A stretch of DNA of 64,000 nucleotides from Raja brachyura (taxonomy: Eukaryota), in assembly GCA_963514005.1 (NCBI GenBank), contig OY740805.1, forward strand, positions 30,194,001 through 30,258,000, read 5' to 3'. Positions 53,801-64,000 of the stretch are shown here, piece by piece. The notes below the pieces were generated by a model. That model worked only from the letters and a program-made list of their open reading frames with translations, had not been told where the DNA came from and ran no database searches. Position 1 is the first letter of the stretch. Every line of letters begins with the position of its first letter. Position numbers and translations under genes: made by a program.

Positions 53801-54461
53801 AAGAGAAATATACTGTCTCGTAACTGAAGTTCCTCTGGTTCTTCCTCTGCAGAGTTCTTGACCAACATTTTATCTGAAAGTGATGCGTTGAAGTGAGGAT
53901 TGTGGAATGTTGAGTGGAGACACGCGATTAGTACTTATGTAAAGCTCGGCACACGTGTATTGATGTTTTGTGTAAACTAATTAAATACAATCAGATAATC
54001 ACTTTATCTGATAAGTTAAAATTAGTTAATGGTTTATCCTGACTTTCGATCAATTCGTTGTCCTCTGACTTTTCCAGCTGCGAACTATTACCCGTTTTCA
54101 ATTTATTATTTTGTTTTCCTCTATAGCAACAGGCATTTTTTATGTTCCTTAATCGGTCTTTGCGATTATCGCACAATCTAAAATCAAAACCCAACGTTTC
54201 TTCATTATGCTGCAGCATATACCAATCTCACACTATGGTAATTTCCTTTTTAAGTGGGCCAAAATAATTGTGTGCAATCCCAGCATCCGTTTAAAGTACC
54301 ATGATACTTTTTTTTCGGTGATGAATATGACAGAATTCATTGCCATTTGTGACAGTCATGGTGTCCGACGCTGCCTCAACTTTAATCAAATGTTACAATA
54401 AAATTGACAGAATAAAATACAAGAACGTGAATCGGAAATCATCAATTATGTTCCTTTCCAG

Positions 54462-54497
54462 AAATCAAGAAATTGGGAAAAAAAATAGCTGATTTGG
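54462..54497 (+). other. Candidate 36-nt phase-1 micro-exon (xIKKLGKKIADL)
   Basis: ttcctttccag|...tgg|gtttgt. Confidence 0.4.
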
Positions 54498-54949
54498 GTT
54501 TGTACAACTTCAGACGCTTCCCAAAACGATGAAAGAATAACATGTACGAAAATAATGAGTAGACATTTAAGTAATCAATTGGAATTATTGTGCGCGCTTT
54601 CTTTCATTTCTAAAATCAATACCTCAATATATAAATCGGCATGCAATATCTGCGGAGTGGGAATCCATTCAATACAATAAATAAATTATCGCTCTCAGTT
54701 TTGTTCATGTTCCCAAATATGATGTCGATTTCCATGTTTTACGATTATTATAAATCATAGATGTGCTAACTGTCGGGCATTTTCAAATGTGCGATTCCAA
54801 TCTTCTGCAAGTTTACGGTAGGGAAAGCTATCGCGTGTACACCATTGAACACTTGCTATACGTGGACATGAAATCGAATGCAAGGATCGTCGTCCACTGT
54901 CTCCGCCCCATATGATACATGCCGATGGCTTGCCACACAATACACAATA

Positions 54950-56750
54950 GCCAACATGTGTAGGAGCAGGCCACTCGGCCCTTCGAGCTAGCACCGCAAT
55001 TCAATATGACCATAGCTGATCATCCACAATCAGTATCCGTTCCTGCCTTCTCCCCATTTCCCCTGACTCCGCTATTTTAAGAACCCTATCCAGATCTCTC
55101 TTGAAAACAACCAGATAACCTGCCTCCACCGCACTCCGAGGGAGAAAATTCCACAAATGCATCACTCTCTTTGGCGACAAATGCATCTTCATCTCCGTTC
55201 TAAATGGCTTAATCCTGATTCTTAAACTGTGCCCATTGGTTCAGGACTTCCCCAACACCGGGAACATGTTTCCTGTCTCTAGCGTATCGAAACCCATAAC
55301 AATATTTTATGTTTCAATGAGATCCGCTCCCATCCTTCTAAATTCCAGAGTGTACAAGCCCAGCTGCTACATTCTCTCAGCATATAAGAGTCCCGCCATC
55401 CCGGGAATTAATCTTGTAAACATACGCTGCACTCCCTCATTAGCAAGAATGTCCTTCCTTAAGTTAGGGTACATTGACTGCAGACAATACTCCAGGTGTG
55501 GACTCACTAGGGTTCTGTAAAACTGCAGAAGGACCTCTTTGCTCCTATATTCGATTCCACGTGTTATAAAGGCCAACATGCTATCGCTTTCTTCACTGCC
55601 AGCTGTACCATCATGATCACATTCATAGACAGGAATGACAATGTCCTCCAGAACCCGTTGTACTTACACTGTTCCCAACTTGACGCCTTTAGATAGTAAT
55701 CTGCCTTCCTGTTTTTGCTATCAAAGTGGATAACCTCACATTTATTCGCACTAATCTTCATCTGCCATTCATCTCCACACTACGCCAACCTGTCCAAGTC
55801 ACCCTGCATTCTCATAGCATCCTCCTCACAGTTCACACTGCCACCCAGCTTTATGTTGTCTGCAAATTTGCTAATGTTACTTTGAATCCCTTCATCCAAA
55901 TCATTGATGTATTTTGTAAATTGCTGCGGTCCCAGCACCGAACCTTGCGGTACCGACTAGTCACTGCCTGCTATTCTGAAATGGACGCTTTAATCCATAT
56001 TTTTTGTATCCTGTCCGCGAACCACTTCTCTGTCCATGTTAGCACTATACCCCCAATGCCATGTGCCCTAATTTTGCCTACTAATCTCATATGTTATCAA
56101 ATGCTTTCTGAAAGTCCAGGTACAATACATTCATTGGCTCGCCCTTGTCCATTTTCCAAGTAACATCTTCAAATAATTCCAGAAGATAAGTTAAGCATGA
56201 TTTCCTCTCCGTAAATCCATGCTGACTCGGACCGATCCTGTACTGCTATCCTAATGTTCGGCTATCTCATCTTTTATAATTGACTCCAGCATTTTCCCCA
56301 CCACCGATATCAGGATAACTGGTCTATAATTCCCGGTTTACGCTCTCCAGCCTTTCTTAAAAAGTGGGAAAACATTAGCTACCCTCCAATCCGCAGGAAC
56401 TGATCATGCTTCTATTGAGCATTGGAAAATTATCACTAATGCATCCACGATTTCTAGAGCGACTTCCTTAAGTACACTGGGGTGCAGAACGTCAGGCCCT
56501 GGGGATTTATCAGCCTTCAGTCCCATCAGTCTATCCAACACTATTTCCTACCTGATGTGGATTTCCTGCAGTACTTCAGTCACCCAAGATCCTCCGGCCA
56601 TTCCCATATCAGGACAATTGTTTGGGTCCTCCTTATTGAAGACAGATCCAATGCAGCTATTCTATTCATCTACCCAGTTCCCCATAATAAATTCACCCTT
56701 TTCGGTCCTCAAGGGTGCAACTTTGGTCTCAACTATATATTTTCCCCTTC
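54950..56750 (-). mobile_element. Old decayed CR1 ORF2, 3' half
   Basis: MLAFITRGIEYRSKEVLLQ..PHLEYC, with the 3' UTR at ~54950-55050. Confidence 0.9.
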
Positions 56751-57159
56751 CTTGACAGGCGGTGGGCACTCGGCGGGAAGAATGCCTCGGCAGAGTCGTG
56801 AAACAATGTTCCAGGAATAACCTAACCAGATGGCGCAGCTGCTAAATCTTTAGAAAGAAATAGCAAATGCTGTTGTAAACCGAATGTAGACGCAGAAGCG
56901 TGAGTAACTCAGCAGGGTAGGCAGCATCTCTGAAGTGAAGGGACGGTTGACGTTTTGGGCCACAGCCTTCTTCAAAAGAAGGCATTCGTGCGGAAAGGAC
57001 ACCCATTGCCTCTACCCAGGGATGTTGCTTGGCTCGCTGACTTAGTCCAACTTTTTGAACAGCTACTTCTGGCAACAGATGAAAACTTGCGTTCTCTGGC
57101 ATTTTACAATTATTTTAAATAGGCCAGCATTTGAAAATTAGTTTTGTTAATTCAGTACA

Positions 57160-57401
57160 AGCAGGAGATGTTAATGATTTGAAAAAAAATACGATTTATT
57201 AAGACATTCTCGTGCGATCTTCAATTTCGTTAAATTGTAATTCCACAGTTAAGGGAATACACAGTAATAGTTACATTTCGCATTCGATAGACGTGCACTT
57301 CAGATTGAAAAGAATGCATTCTTGGATCACATGCCAGGCCCACGTGCATAAGATGAGTTGTGACAATCGCCATTCGATTGATCTCCATCAATGGATCATT
57401 G
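57160..57401 (+). pseudogene. Decayed Ig C1-set exon, SIRP/NCR3LG1-like
   Basis: SYISHSIDVHFRLKRMHSWITCQAHVH..SIDLHQWII ends at a phase-1 donor g|gtgaag. Resembles SIRP C1 SIHSTAKVVLTREDVHSQVICEVAH (recalled from memory). Confidence 0.4.
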
Positions 57402-57487
57402 GTGAAGGTGATAATGCCTGTTGCCTGTCAACTAAAAACATTGTAATTTTTTGCACAATGCTTTATTCTATTTTCCTTTGTCATTAG

Positions 57488-57511
57488 AGGCATGCGGTGG
57501 CAGCCGTTCCG
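57488..57511 (+). other. Candidate 24-nt phase-1 micro-exon (xACGGSRS)
   Basis: ttttcctttgtcattag|...ccg|gtaaat. Confidence 0.45.
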
Positions 57512-59629
57512 GTAAATGTTAAACCAAATGATATAGAGTCAATTAAGTACAAGAAACAATTGACAATTTAATTCCAGTTGTTGTGGTTGTATATAGAATG
57601 CTCGTAAATATAAACGATTGAATTGCACATTTATCAAGGGAACGAATGTGTTGTGTAAAACAAAATACAGTATAAGTTGGAGTCACTTAAACAACGGGGC
57701 AAATATGCTGGCGAGCAGAAAAAATAATCGCCAGACGTCTTGCTAATAACAAAACATCTGCCACAAGGAAGCAGGGAATTGGGAACGATACATTCCTGAG
57801 ATACTTATCTTCTGAAAGTAGAGAGCGAAGAGATGGATTTGGCTTGTCATTGGTAACTATTCCAGAAAACACTGGAACTGAAATTAAGCAACGAAAAGGA
57901 TCGACACAGTTTTTCATCAAAAATAATAATGTGCGCACGATTTGCACTTCAAGTATAAACATTTAACCACCGATTTGTTGCGAGAAAATGCAAAACAAAA
58001 TGTCTGAAATGTTGATTCTGAATATCATGTAAAGAAAACTGAAATATATGCTAAAATTCCTATGGATTCCTGAGGCAAATGGATGTGGAGACTGCGATAG
58101 GATTGACCTGGAGAATTGACTGGCAAGGATTTCCCATCAGATTTACACGTCCCCTAATCTCTATTGCGTATGCATCGCAAAGTTGGAGATTAGATGTGAC
58201 ATTACTATTACCTTTTATCACATGTGGACCCTGCGTGATCCAATCAAAATCTTGGAGAATGTACTATAAATAAACTGGATATGCTTTCATAAAGAAAAGA
58301 TAGACAGGAATTGCTGTGGTAACACAGCAGGCGAGTTAGAATATCTGCATCTAATGGATAGGTGATTTGTAGGGTCGGGGCAGGTCTTCCGACTGATTAT
58401 GGGGGTTGGTCTGAGGTTGGGGTTAGGAATTGAAGAAAGAATAGACCAGGACAAATCAGGCTGGTGGCACATGACATCAAGCAGGGAGTTTATCTGTTAT
58501 GCGATTGATGTCAAGGAGCAATGTGATGCCGATAGATACATAGTTGCGAACAGTGGAACTGATTAACTGACCTTTAGTAAAGTGGGCAAGATGGGAAAGA
58601 GCGAGAGCTGGACTCCAGTTCGGCACCACGGCGGTACGTCCAGGCGAGATGAGGGGAGGTTTTATATGTTCTGCCATTAATAGAATAAACAATATTAAAC
58701 GCTCCGTCAATAATAGAAAGAATGCTCAACTGTGCGATTAGTAGTGATTGTCTGGAGTGGAGATTTCCTAAGATTCGCGGCCGGTAGCTGCATAATTGCC
58801 CTCTCATGCTTTACCTGAATGGCACATCCCGGAAACTGAGAATGTGTCCGTAGGAGATAGACGCCCTAGTCAGAACACAGCACCTAAGTACCATACCAAC
58901 ACCATATCATCCTAAAGTATATGCCTGCGTCTATTCGGTCTGTCTTCGAGTATCAATCACGTTCCATTATTTGCTGTTCTGCGCTTACGTCGATGTGTTC
59001 GAGATACACAAGGAACATGTTCAGAAAAATGTCTTCACTTTGAAGCTGCTAACTGCATCAGAAATCTATCAAGGCTACGCCCGCCCATATAACACTCCAC
59101 GCAAGCATCAATGACATGTTTCGTGCGTTGTTAAGAGATTGCGTTCAGATAAGATCCAGTTACAAACATTTATTTTGTAATAAATCATTGCATTTTACGT
59201 GTTATGGTTGTTATTATTATCTTATATATAACGTTTCAAGGAAGTCTGATGTTTCGGGCAGTACTGATTAGTAATCCAATATGTTTTCTTTAGTAAGAGA
59301 TATCCGACAAAACTTTTGACAGATAATTATCCTGTACAATTAACTACCAATTGTACTTATTGAATCAATTGGCGTTTTCCATGCCCTTTCCTGAAATGCG
59401 TTCGTCATTTAGGCAATTAAAATGAACGCCTACTCCAAATTTAACTGAAAATATATACAGTCTGAAAGGTGATCAATATTTTAGATATCTTCAAATTCGA
59501 GGTTATTTCAAAACATATAGCCACGAATACCAAACGCTGGTGCCAGATATATAAGATGAAGGTATGTATAGAAGCGCAGAGACAAATAATTTAATATCAT
59601 ACTTGTACAATATCATTGTAAATATAGAA

Positions 59630-60235
59630 ATTCCGTCGCCAGATGTCATTTGAAGAGAGTGGAGCAGGAATTAAGCCTAAAAATCCCGAAAGACAGATGG
59701 GAAAAAATATCACATATATATATATATACAGAATGGTTCGATTAATGTAAGACATACTCTAATCTAATTTAAAATACTGCACAGACTAAGTTACTCAAAA
59801 ACTAAACTGAATTATTTATTTTTCCAAATGTATCCCCTATCTGCGACAAATGCCTATCTCAAGAAGCAACTATAACACACTCCTTTGCCTCTTCTATAAA
59901 ACTTCATAACATTTGGAAAGGAATCTTTGAAATCTTCTCAAATTTATTAAAAACAAAACTGAATTCCCTACAGAATTTATTATTTTTGGAATAGCAGGAG
60001 TCTGCTCTTTGTTATCAATATTTCAAAGACGTTTCCTCAATTATGGCCTAATAATTGGCAAAAAAACATACTTACATTTTGGAAAAATGCTTCTTCCCCA
60101 AATCTTAAAATGTGGATTGCAAGCATGTCCGAGACGCTACATAGTCAAGATATGAGACTCGTCTTAGAAGGAAAATCAGAGCAAGTTTTATAGATATGGT
60201 CTCCTTTGATTGATTAATTGCAAGTATAGCATGGT
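59630..60235 (+). mobile_element. Decayed L1 ORF2 3' fragment
   Basis: Similar to 51290-51890 (FKILHRL..CDKC..HSF). Confidence 0.8.
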
Positions 60236-60350
60236 GCAACACAATTTTGGAATTAAACCGATTCACGGACAGGGTGATGGGCGTGGTGAGAAATGAAGCT
60301 GGTTATTGATATCTAATTATTGATATCCTTCATACTTTTTTTCTTTTCAG

Positions 60351-60589
60351 TGAAACAGCTGAAAAGAGGTAAAATGATATTTAAGCATTTCAATAGGTTG
60401 CCATACTTGATCATGCTTATATGAGAAAACAATTTGAATGGGTTTAAAACAACCAACTTGAAAATCCGCATATTTTGTATTTTTCTCCATGAAAATATTA
60501 TTTGTAATATTGATTTAAAATTAAAATACTCATTGTTTCCTTTACATTTGATTTGATAACAGAGAACGAAAATCTTCTAAAATTACTTC
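60351..60589 (+). other. Two candidate phase-1 micro-exons: 60351-60368 (18 nt) and 60563-60589 (27 nt)
   Basis: ttcttttcag|..gag|gtaaaa and ttgataacag|..ttc|gtaagg. Spliced together they read KQLKR-E-NENLLKLL. Confidence 0.55.
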
Positions 60590-60623
60590 GTAAGGCATCG
60601 GCATTCAACTTGTTGAAGTACGG

Positions 60624-60861
60624 NNNNNNNNNNNNNNNNNNNNNNNNNNNNNNNNNNNNNNNNNNNNNNNNNNNNNNNNNNNNNNNNNNNNNNNNNNNNN
60701 NNNNNNNNNNNNNNNNNNNNNNNNNNNNNNNNNNNNNNNNNNNNNNNNNNNNNNNNNNNNNNNNNNNNNNNNNNNNNNNNNNNNNNNNNNNNNNNNNNNN
60801 NNNNNNNNNNNNNNNNNNNNNNNNNNNNNNNNNNNNNNNNNNNNNNNNNNNNNNNNNNNNN
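60624..60861. other. Assembly gap (N run)
   Basis: Run of N in the sequence. Confidence 0.99.
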
Positions 60862-61368
60862 CTCTGCAGTTGAGAAGGATTGGAGCAGCCTTTCCAGGAT
60901 TTTGCCGTTGGAGAGGGCACAGACCCAGGGGGGCTTCATAGTTCAACTTATTGTTGGGCTGTTGAAGCTTTTCTCTGGTCTGGGGAGCCTCCATCTGTGT
61001 GAAGATTCCTGAGTTTCTCCACATTGTCGAGGGTGCGGTTGGCGTTGGCGGATTGCCAAGAGTGCCTGTGATCTCAGTGGGCTGAAGTTGTGCGGTGTCT
61101 TTGTCGTTTTTGGCTCCGCTTCTCTGCCCTAAAGTCATTTTGTCAGTGCGGCTGCCTGGCTTAATGTGAAGAAGGTACTTTTGCGTCCAGCGCGACTGGG
61201 ATCGAGTTTCCCGTAAGCTGCTCTTGGCTGTGGACGAACCTGGGGACTTTCCTGCTTCAGCTGGAGGTTTCTGTTTTCTGCTGCCTGTCTTTGACTGTGA
61301 CTGTCTCTGGGACTTAACTTGGAGCTGTGCTGCTGAGGGGCTTGGAGCTGGTTTGTGCCTCTGTGAGG

Positions 61369-63723
61369 ATGGCGATGGAAGGGGCGCGGCCGAAGGTCCG
61401 GACCTACGCAGCGACGGCATCAGTGGCGGGTGCGAGGCCATCTGAGCTTGAGCCTCATGTTGACTTGGATGGGGACAGTTTTGGTATTTCTGTTCAAACT
61501 GGGCCTATGATGTCTAGGGGGGTAATTACGAAGGCCATGAATGAACTTCTTGGGAGGGGGGCTATTGTCTCTTCTGAGCTCGAAAGGGGAAAGGTGGAGA
61601 TGATACTTAAGACCCGGGAGTGTGTGGCCCGAGCGTTGGAGGAGGGGATCTCAGTGGGGGGGGTCCACGTACAGGTGGATCCGTGGGTATCCAGGGTGAG
61701 ACCGGTTCTCCTGCGGAGCTGCCCCACTTATTGTTCGGATGCAGTGCTTATTCCACACCTGTCCAAGTTCGGGGAGGTGCGGTCTAAATGTTTTCGTCTC
61801 TTGCATCCCGGGGGGGACCCGGAGGAAAAAGGGGTCTTCAGTTTCAAGAGGAGGGTGTTCATGAAGGTGGGTGAGGGGGATGGTGCCGAGGGGAGTTTTG
61901 AGGTGGTGCATAAGGGTGTACCCAGAACCGTGCGTTGGAGTTGGGGAAAGGCACGGTGTCATGCGTGCGGCGAATTTGGACATCTCCGTAGGGAGTGTCT
62001 TTTTCGCGGGGGCACTGCTAGAGGTTCTAGTGCAGTGGCCCAGGAAAGCGCTGCTGGCCCATCTGGGGTGGCTGGTCAAACCTCAGCGGCGCGGGGTGGT
62101 ACTGCTGACCCGGCTGAGGTTGCCAGTTCTGCCTTGGTGACCCGGGGCGGCAGTGCTAAGCCTTCTGGGTCCAGAGGTTCCGCTTTGGGGACCCTGGGCA
62201 GTGAGAGCCCAAGTCCCCCACGTCCCCTACGTCTTGCGCCTGTGGCGGTGGATGGAGGTGGGGCGCAGGAGGAGGGGAGTGTTGAGGGGGGGTTTTGGGA
62301 GAAGCAGGGGAAGCATAATAAGAAGAAGGAGAGGGATAGGGCTGCCCGAGCGAAGAAAGTGCAATCGGGTGAGTTTAGCTCCAGTGTGGTGCAGACTGCA
62401 CCTGCTGGGGCCCAGGGGGGAGTTGTGGTGGCTCGGAAGGGGGGAAAGAAGTCTAAACGTGTGGGTGGCAAAGTGGTTGGGGGTAATGTGGAGGCGGATG
62501 ACCCTTCCCTTATGGAGGTTACCGCACCTCCGCATGCGAGTGGGACTAAAAGCAGGCATTTGCCTGGTGAAGAGGAGGAAGGGCGTGGGTCCAGAGCGAA
62601 GGGGATGTCTTTCTCCGGGCTTTCCACCACTGAGGTGGCTGAAAGTGGTCTTGACCCGGTGTCTTCTGGGTCGGTGGTTGGGCCTTCTCTTCATGGATCT
62701 ACAGCGGGTGTCACCGGACTGGGTGCTGAAGTTGATTCCGGTGGAGTTGTGTCCACTGGGCGGGAGTCTGTCCCTTCATCTCAGGGGCCCTCTGAGGGAG
62801 TTATCTCGGCGGATGCTGTGGTTAGCTCCCTTGGGTGTGTACCCTCTGGGTCGGATGAGGTCCCCTCGTTTCAGAGGCCTACTGAGGGTGCTAGCACGGT
62901 AGGTGACGTGGTTGGCTCCTCTGGTAGTGTGCCCTCTGTGACGGGGGATGTGCAGAGTCAGGCTGAGGGGGGAGTTTCGGGGGTGTTGTCGTTCAAGTCT
63001 GTGCTCCATATCAGTGCCAGTGGAGGTGCTGGGGGGCGGGATGCCTCACCGGATGAGTTGTCTGGGGTGAGGTTAATGGCAGGTGGTGATTCTCTGGGTG
63101 ATGCCTGTGGAGAGGGCACTCTGGATGATGTGGAGGTCAGGGCTGTTATGGGACGTGATCCTCTTTCAGACTCCGAGGGTGCCAGTGTTCCACAGGCCCT
63201 GGGGATGCCTCTTGTTGTTGCTTCCCCAGGCCCAGAGGAGGAGGGTGATGGTAGCGTGCAGGAGCCCAGCCATTCAGAGGGCTGCGAGTCTCAGGTAGGG
63301 GTGTTGGGACCCACCCCCAGCATTGATCCGGGTGGTCGTGTCATGGCTGTGGAGGAGGATAGCGATGCGGCCAGTGGGGGGGGCTCAGAGTGTGATGTGT
63401 CAGACAGTTCTGGTCTTTCTGAGGTTGTTGATTCAGGTGCGAGCGGGTTGGCTGAGAGCCCAGACTCCAAGGCCGTGTCTGAGGCGAAGCTTATTGTTGA
63501 GGTGCGAGAGTTGTTAAAAATAAGTCGTGCTCCCAAAACATTATGGTGGGCCGTTACAAGGAGATGGGAGGATTGGCTAGATGTGCGGGAGAGTCTCGAG
63601 GCTATCCTTAGTAACAAGGATAGTGGTCTTTCTGACTCGGATTTGGGGCAGTTTTGGGGTTTGTTGAAGGTCCTCAGAAAAGGACCTCCTGTGACTACAG
63701 GGAGTGTGAGGGTCACAATCTAA
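61369..63723 (+). CDS. Tx1-like ORF1 protein, 784 aa from the first ATG: RRM-like region, CCHC knuckle, long Ser/Gly-rich acidic region
   Basis: Uninterrupted ORF containing RTYAAT, LSKFGEV and CHACGEFGHLRREC. Confidence 0.88.
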   Translation: MAMEGARPKVRTYAATASVAGARPSELEPHVDLDGDSFGISVQTGPMMSRGVITKAMNELLGRGAIVSSELERGKVEMILKTRECVARALEEGISVGGVHVQVDPWVSRVRPVLLRSCPTYCSDAVLIPHLSKFGEVRSKCFRLLHPGGDPEEKGVFSFKRRVFMKVGEGDGAEGSFEVVHKGVPRTVRWSWGKARCHACGEFGHLRRECLFRGGTARGSSAVAQESAAGPSGVAGQTSAARGGTADPAEVASSALVTRGGSAKPSGSRGSALGTLGSESPSPPRPLRLAPVAVDGGGAQEEGSVEGGFWEKQGKHNKKKERDRAARAKKVQSGEFSSSVVQTAPAGAQGGVVVARKGGKKSKRVGGKVVGGNVEADDPSLMEVTAPPHASGTKSRHLPGEEEEGRGSRAKGMSFSGLSTTEVAESGLDPVSSGSVVGPSLHGSTAGVTGLGAEVDSGGVVSTGRESVPSSQGPSEGVISADAVVSSLGCVPSGSDEVPSFQRPTEGASTVGDVVGSSGSVPSVTGDVQSQAEGGVSGVLSFKSVLHISASGGAGGRDASPDELSGVRLMAGGDSLGDACGEGTLDDVEVRAVMGRDPLSDSEGASVPQALGMPLVVASPGPEEEGDGSVQEPSHSEGCESQVGVLGPTPSIDPGGRVMAVEEDSDAASGGGSECDVSDSSGLSEVVDSGASGLAESPDSKAVSEAKLIVEVRELLKISRAPKTLWWAVTRRWEDWLDVRESLEAILSNKDSGLSDSDLGQFWGLLKVLRKGPPVTTGSVRVTI

Positions 63724-64000
63724 CGTGTCTACACATTCACAGTAGCTACATTAAATTTAAATGGGAGTAGAGCGAGTTTTCGAAGATTTCAGCTCTTATC
63801 AGCCCTAAGGGAGGGGAGATTTGCAGTTTGTTATCTGCAAGAGACACATACCGTTGCTAGTGATGAACCTACCTGGCAACTGGAGTGGGAAGGGAGGGTT
63901 TATATGAGCCATCTCAGCTCAAATTCGAGTGGGGTGGCTTTTCTGTTGGCCCCAAATTTTCTGCCAAGCATTTTAAAAGTGCAGGAAGTGGTGCCAGGAC
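63724..64000 (+). CDS. Tx1-like ORF2 N-terminus (APE endonuclease), partial
   Basis: RVYTFTVATLNLNGSR..CYLQETHT..WQLEWEGRVYMSHL..SSGVAFLL..EVVPG, open to the end of the window. Confidence 0.9.

Larger units (their letters stand above)
60862..64000 (+). mobile_element. Tx1-clade non-LTR retrotransposon, 5' part (runs off the window)
   Basis: Long intact ORF1 followed by a Tx1-type APE endonuclease. Confidence 0.88.

Noticed and set aside
30890-58680. Apparent multi-exon gene on the - strand (segments at ~58570-58670, 57825-57897, 57265-57430, 44395-44746, 39433-39677, 35280-35500, 33970-34120, 32676-32934)
   Set aside because: No protein family recognised, there are many stops and phase conflicts, and several segments overlap better-supported + strand Ig-like exons or ancient CR1. 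Not formally excluded without a search.

Overview
Eukaryotic (vertebrate) DNA dominated by repeats, with two assembly gaps. HE1/V-SINE-like SINEs, CR1 LINEs with (ATGTTTCT)n tails and Penelope-type palindromes suggest a cartilaginous fish such as a skate or ray (inference). No intact host gene and no CRISPR array is visible. Mobile elements: several CR1 LINEs (one with an intact 798-codon RT stretch), a decayed but delimited Gypsy LTR element plus a second Gypsy fragment, a structurally complete decayed DIRS1 element nested in an L1, a nested Rex1/Babar LINE, an L2 fragment, and the 5' part of a young Tx1-clade LINE with intact ORF1. There is also a 2156-bp tandem triplication whose middle copy is a recombinant. 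Between the repeats, the + strand carries at least 11 candidate micro-exons (15-36 nt, all multiples of 3, all open in phase 1, five of them 27 nt) plus decayed IgV/IgC, TM and B30.2-like segments. This suggests a butyrophilin/BG/B7/SIRP-like immune-receptor cluster that is partly or wholly pseudogenised. All family assignments were made by eye; no database search was run.
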